IMG/VR virus record: IMGVR_UViG_3300011335_000561
Span: 1 to 36,531 of that record
Direction: 5' to 3' (one strand)
DNA from: a virus
Lineage: Duplodnaviria > Caudoviricetes
Length of the DNA stretch: 36,531 bases
Shown one piece after another: positions 35,686 through 36,531 of this stretch. The position numbers and the translations under genes were made by a program. How positions within the stretch are numbered: position 1 is the stretch's first letter; each line of letters opens with the position of its first letter. The notes below the pieces were generated by a model. The model was given only the letters and a program-made list of their open reading frames with translations, was not told the origin of the DNA and did not search any database.

Positions 35686-36531
35686 AAAACTTAACAGGAC
35701 AATATATAGAAATTTCTTCAGAAGAAGAAATGGAGAAAGCTTCAAAATGGCTTGAATCAAAAGGATATAATAATGACTATGATAAAATATATTATGTAAA
35801 AGGTACTTATTTATTTATAAAAAGTGATAATAAGTTTCATTTTAATAATGGAGATAAACAATCATATTGGAAACCATTCTCAATATTATATGATGAAGGA
35901 ATGCCTAGAGATGTACTTATGGGATATAGAACAGCTGAGATAACTAGTAGTATCGGTTATATAGCTAAAGATGAAGAAGATTTATTAACTAAAGCTAAAA
36001 ACCTCTATCCTATAGGTACAAAATATAAATGTGCTGCTGGTGGTTATGAAGTACATACAGTGGAAAGTATGGATTGGTATCCTTCTCCTCCAGGTCATAT
36101 ATATGGAGAAATGAGTAAAGGATGTATATATAAACATGGTAAGTGGGCAGAGATTGTACATGAAGTTAAACCTGTAGAAAAATGGAGTGTAGGTAGTTAT
36201 GCTGTTTTCTTAACAGCAAATAAACATAATTATCCTAAAGGTACTATTGATAAAATTAAAAAGAATACAGGAGATACAGCTTGGTTTGAAAAATATGGTA
36301 GTTATATGCCAGCAAATCCTAGTTATCAATGTAATGAAGAGTTTAAATGGTTTCCTACATTAGAAGAAGCAGAAGCATTTTCTAAATCTCTTATACCATT
36401 AACTGAATTACAACCTCCTACACAAGAATGGAAACTACAAATAGGAGATTGGGTGGTTACAGATAATTTAAGAATTAATGATACTGGTGATGAGAAGTAT
36501 AATGGAAATATTGGACAAATATGGAAAATAG
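35682..36531 (+). CDS. Multi-module hypothetical protein, truncated by window end
   Basis: Open from ATG 35682 to the end; LL.KAK..YPIGTKY..GKWAEI module plus KOW-like WSVGSY and LQIGDWV repeats. Confidence 0.7.
   Translation, partial: MKNLTGQYIEISSEEEMEKASKWLESKGYNNDYDKIYYVKGTYLFIKSDNKFHFNNGDKQSYWKPFSILYDEGMPRDVLMGYRTAEITSSIGYIAKDEEDLLTKAKNLYPIGTKYKCAAGGYEVHTVESMDWYPSPPGHIYGEMSKGCIYKHGKWAEIVHEVKPVEKWSVGSYAVFLTANKHNYPKGTIDKIKKNTGDTAWFEKYGSYMPANPSYQCNEEFKWFPTLEEAEAFSKSLIPLTELQPPTQEWKLQIGDWVVTDNLRINDTGDEKYNGNIGQIWKI

Noticed and set aside
1-36531. Genome-wide stop-codon reassignment (TAG=Gln or TGA=Trp) as in some crAss-like phages
   Set aside because: Long genes are intact in code 11; TGA and TAG end plausible genes (4095, 18040, 35683, 31530, 33139); only one internal stop was found

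Overview
AT-rich dsDNA phage segment with the gene content and order of a crAss-like (Crassvirales-related) phage, most likely infecting Bacteroidota. The host inference rests on A-rich leaders without Shine-Dalgarno sites, a TAnnTTTG promoter and small lipoproteins. Bases 1-20.7 kb are a minus-strand late/morphogenesis block: terminase, portal (one in-frame TGA), scaffold-like protein, major capsid, conserved virion proteins, six small Lys-rich proteins, an LCIB/theta-type carbonic anhydrase fusion, a Dps-like protein, PhoH, nucleases, a GNAT, an Acb2/Tad1-like protein and two free-standing homing endonucleases. After a strand switch at ~20.7-20.9 kb, the plus strand carries small early-type genes separated by long, strongly base-paired non-coding segments. 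The most unusual signal is a pair of paralogous large structured RNAs (23417-24252 and 24598-24995). The first contains all twister-ribozyme core elements, an extra ~137-nt domain and an inserted GIY-YIG endonuclease gene with its own promoter. A second notable feature is a GIY-YIG gene that appears to have invaded a small basic-protein gene by supplying a replacement 3' end. All calls are by-eye motif and pairing recognition; no searches or folding programs were run.
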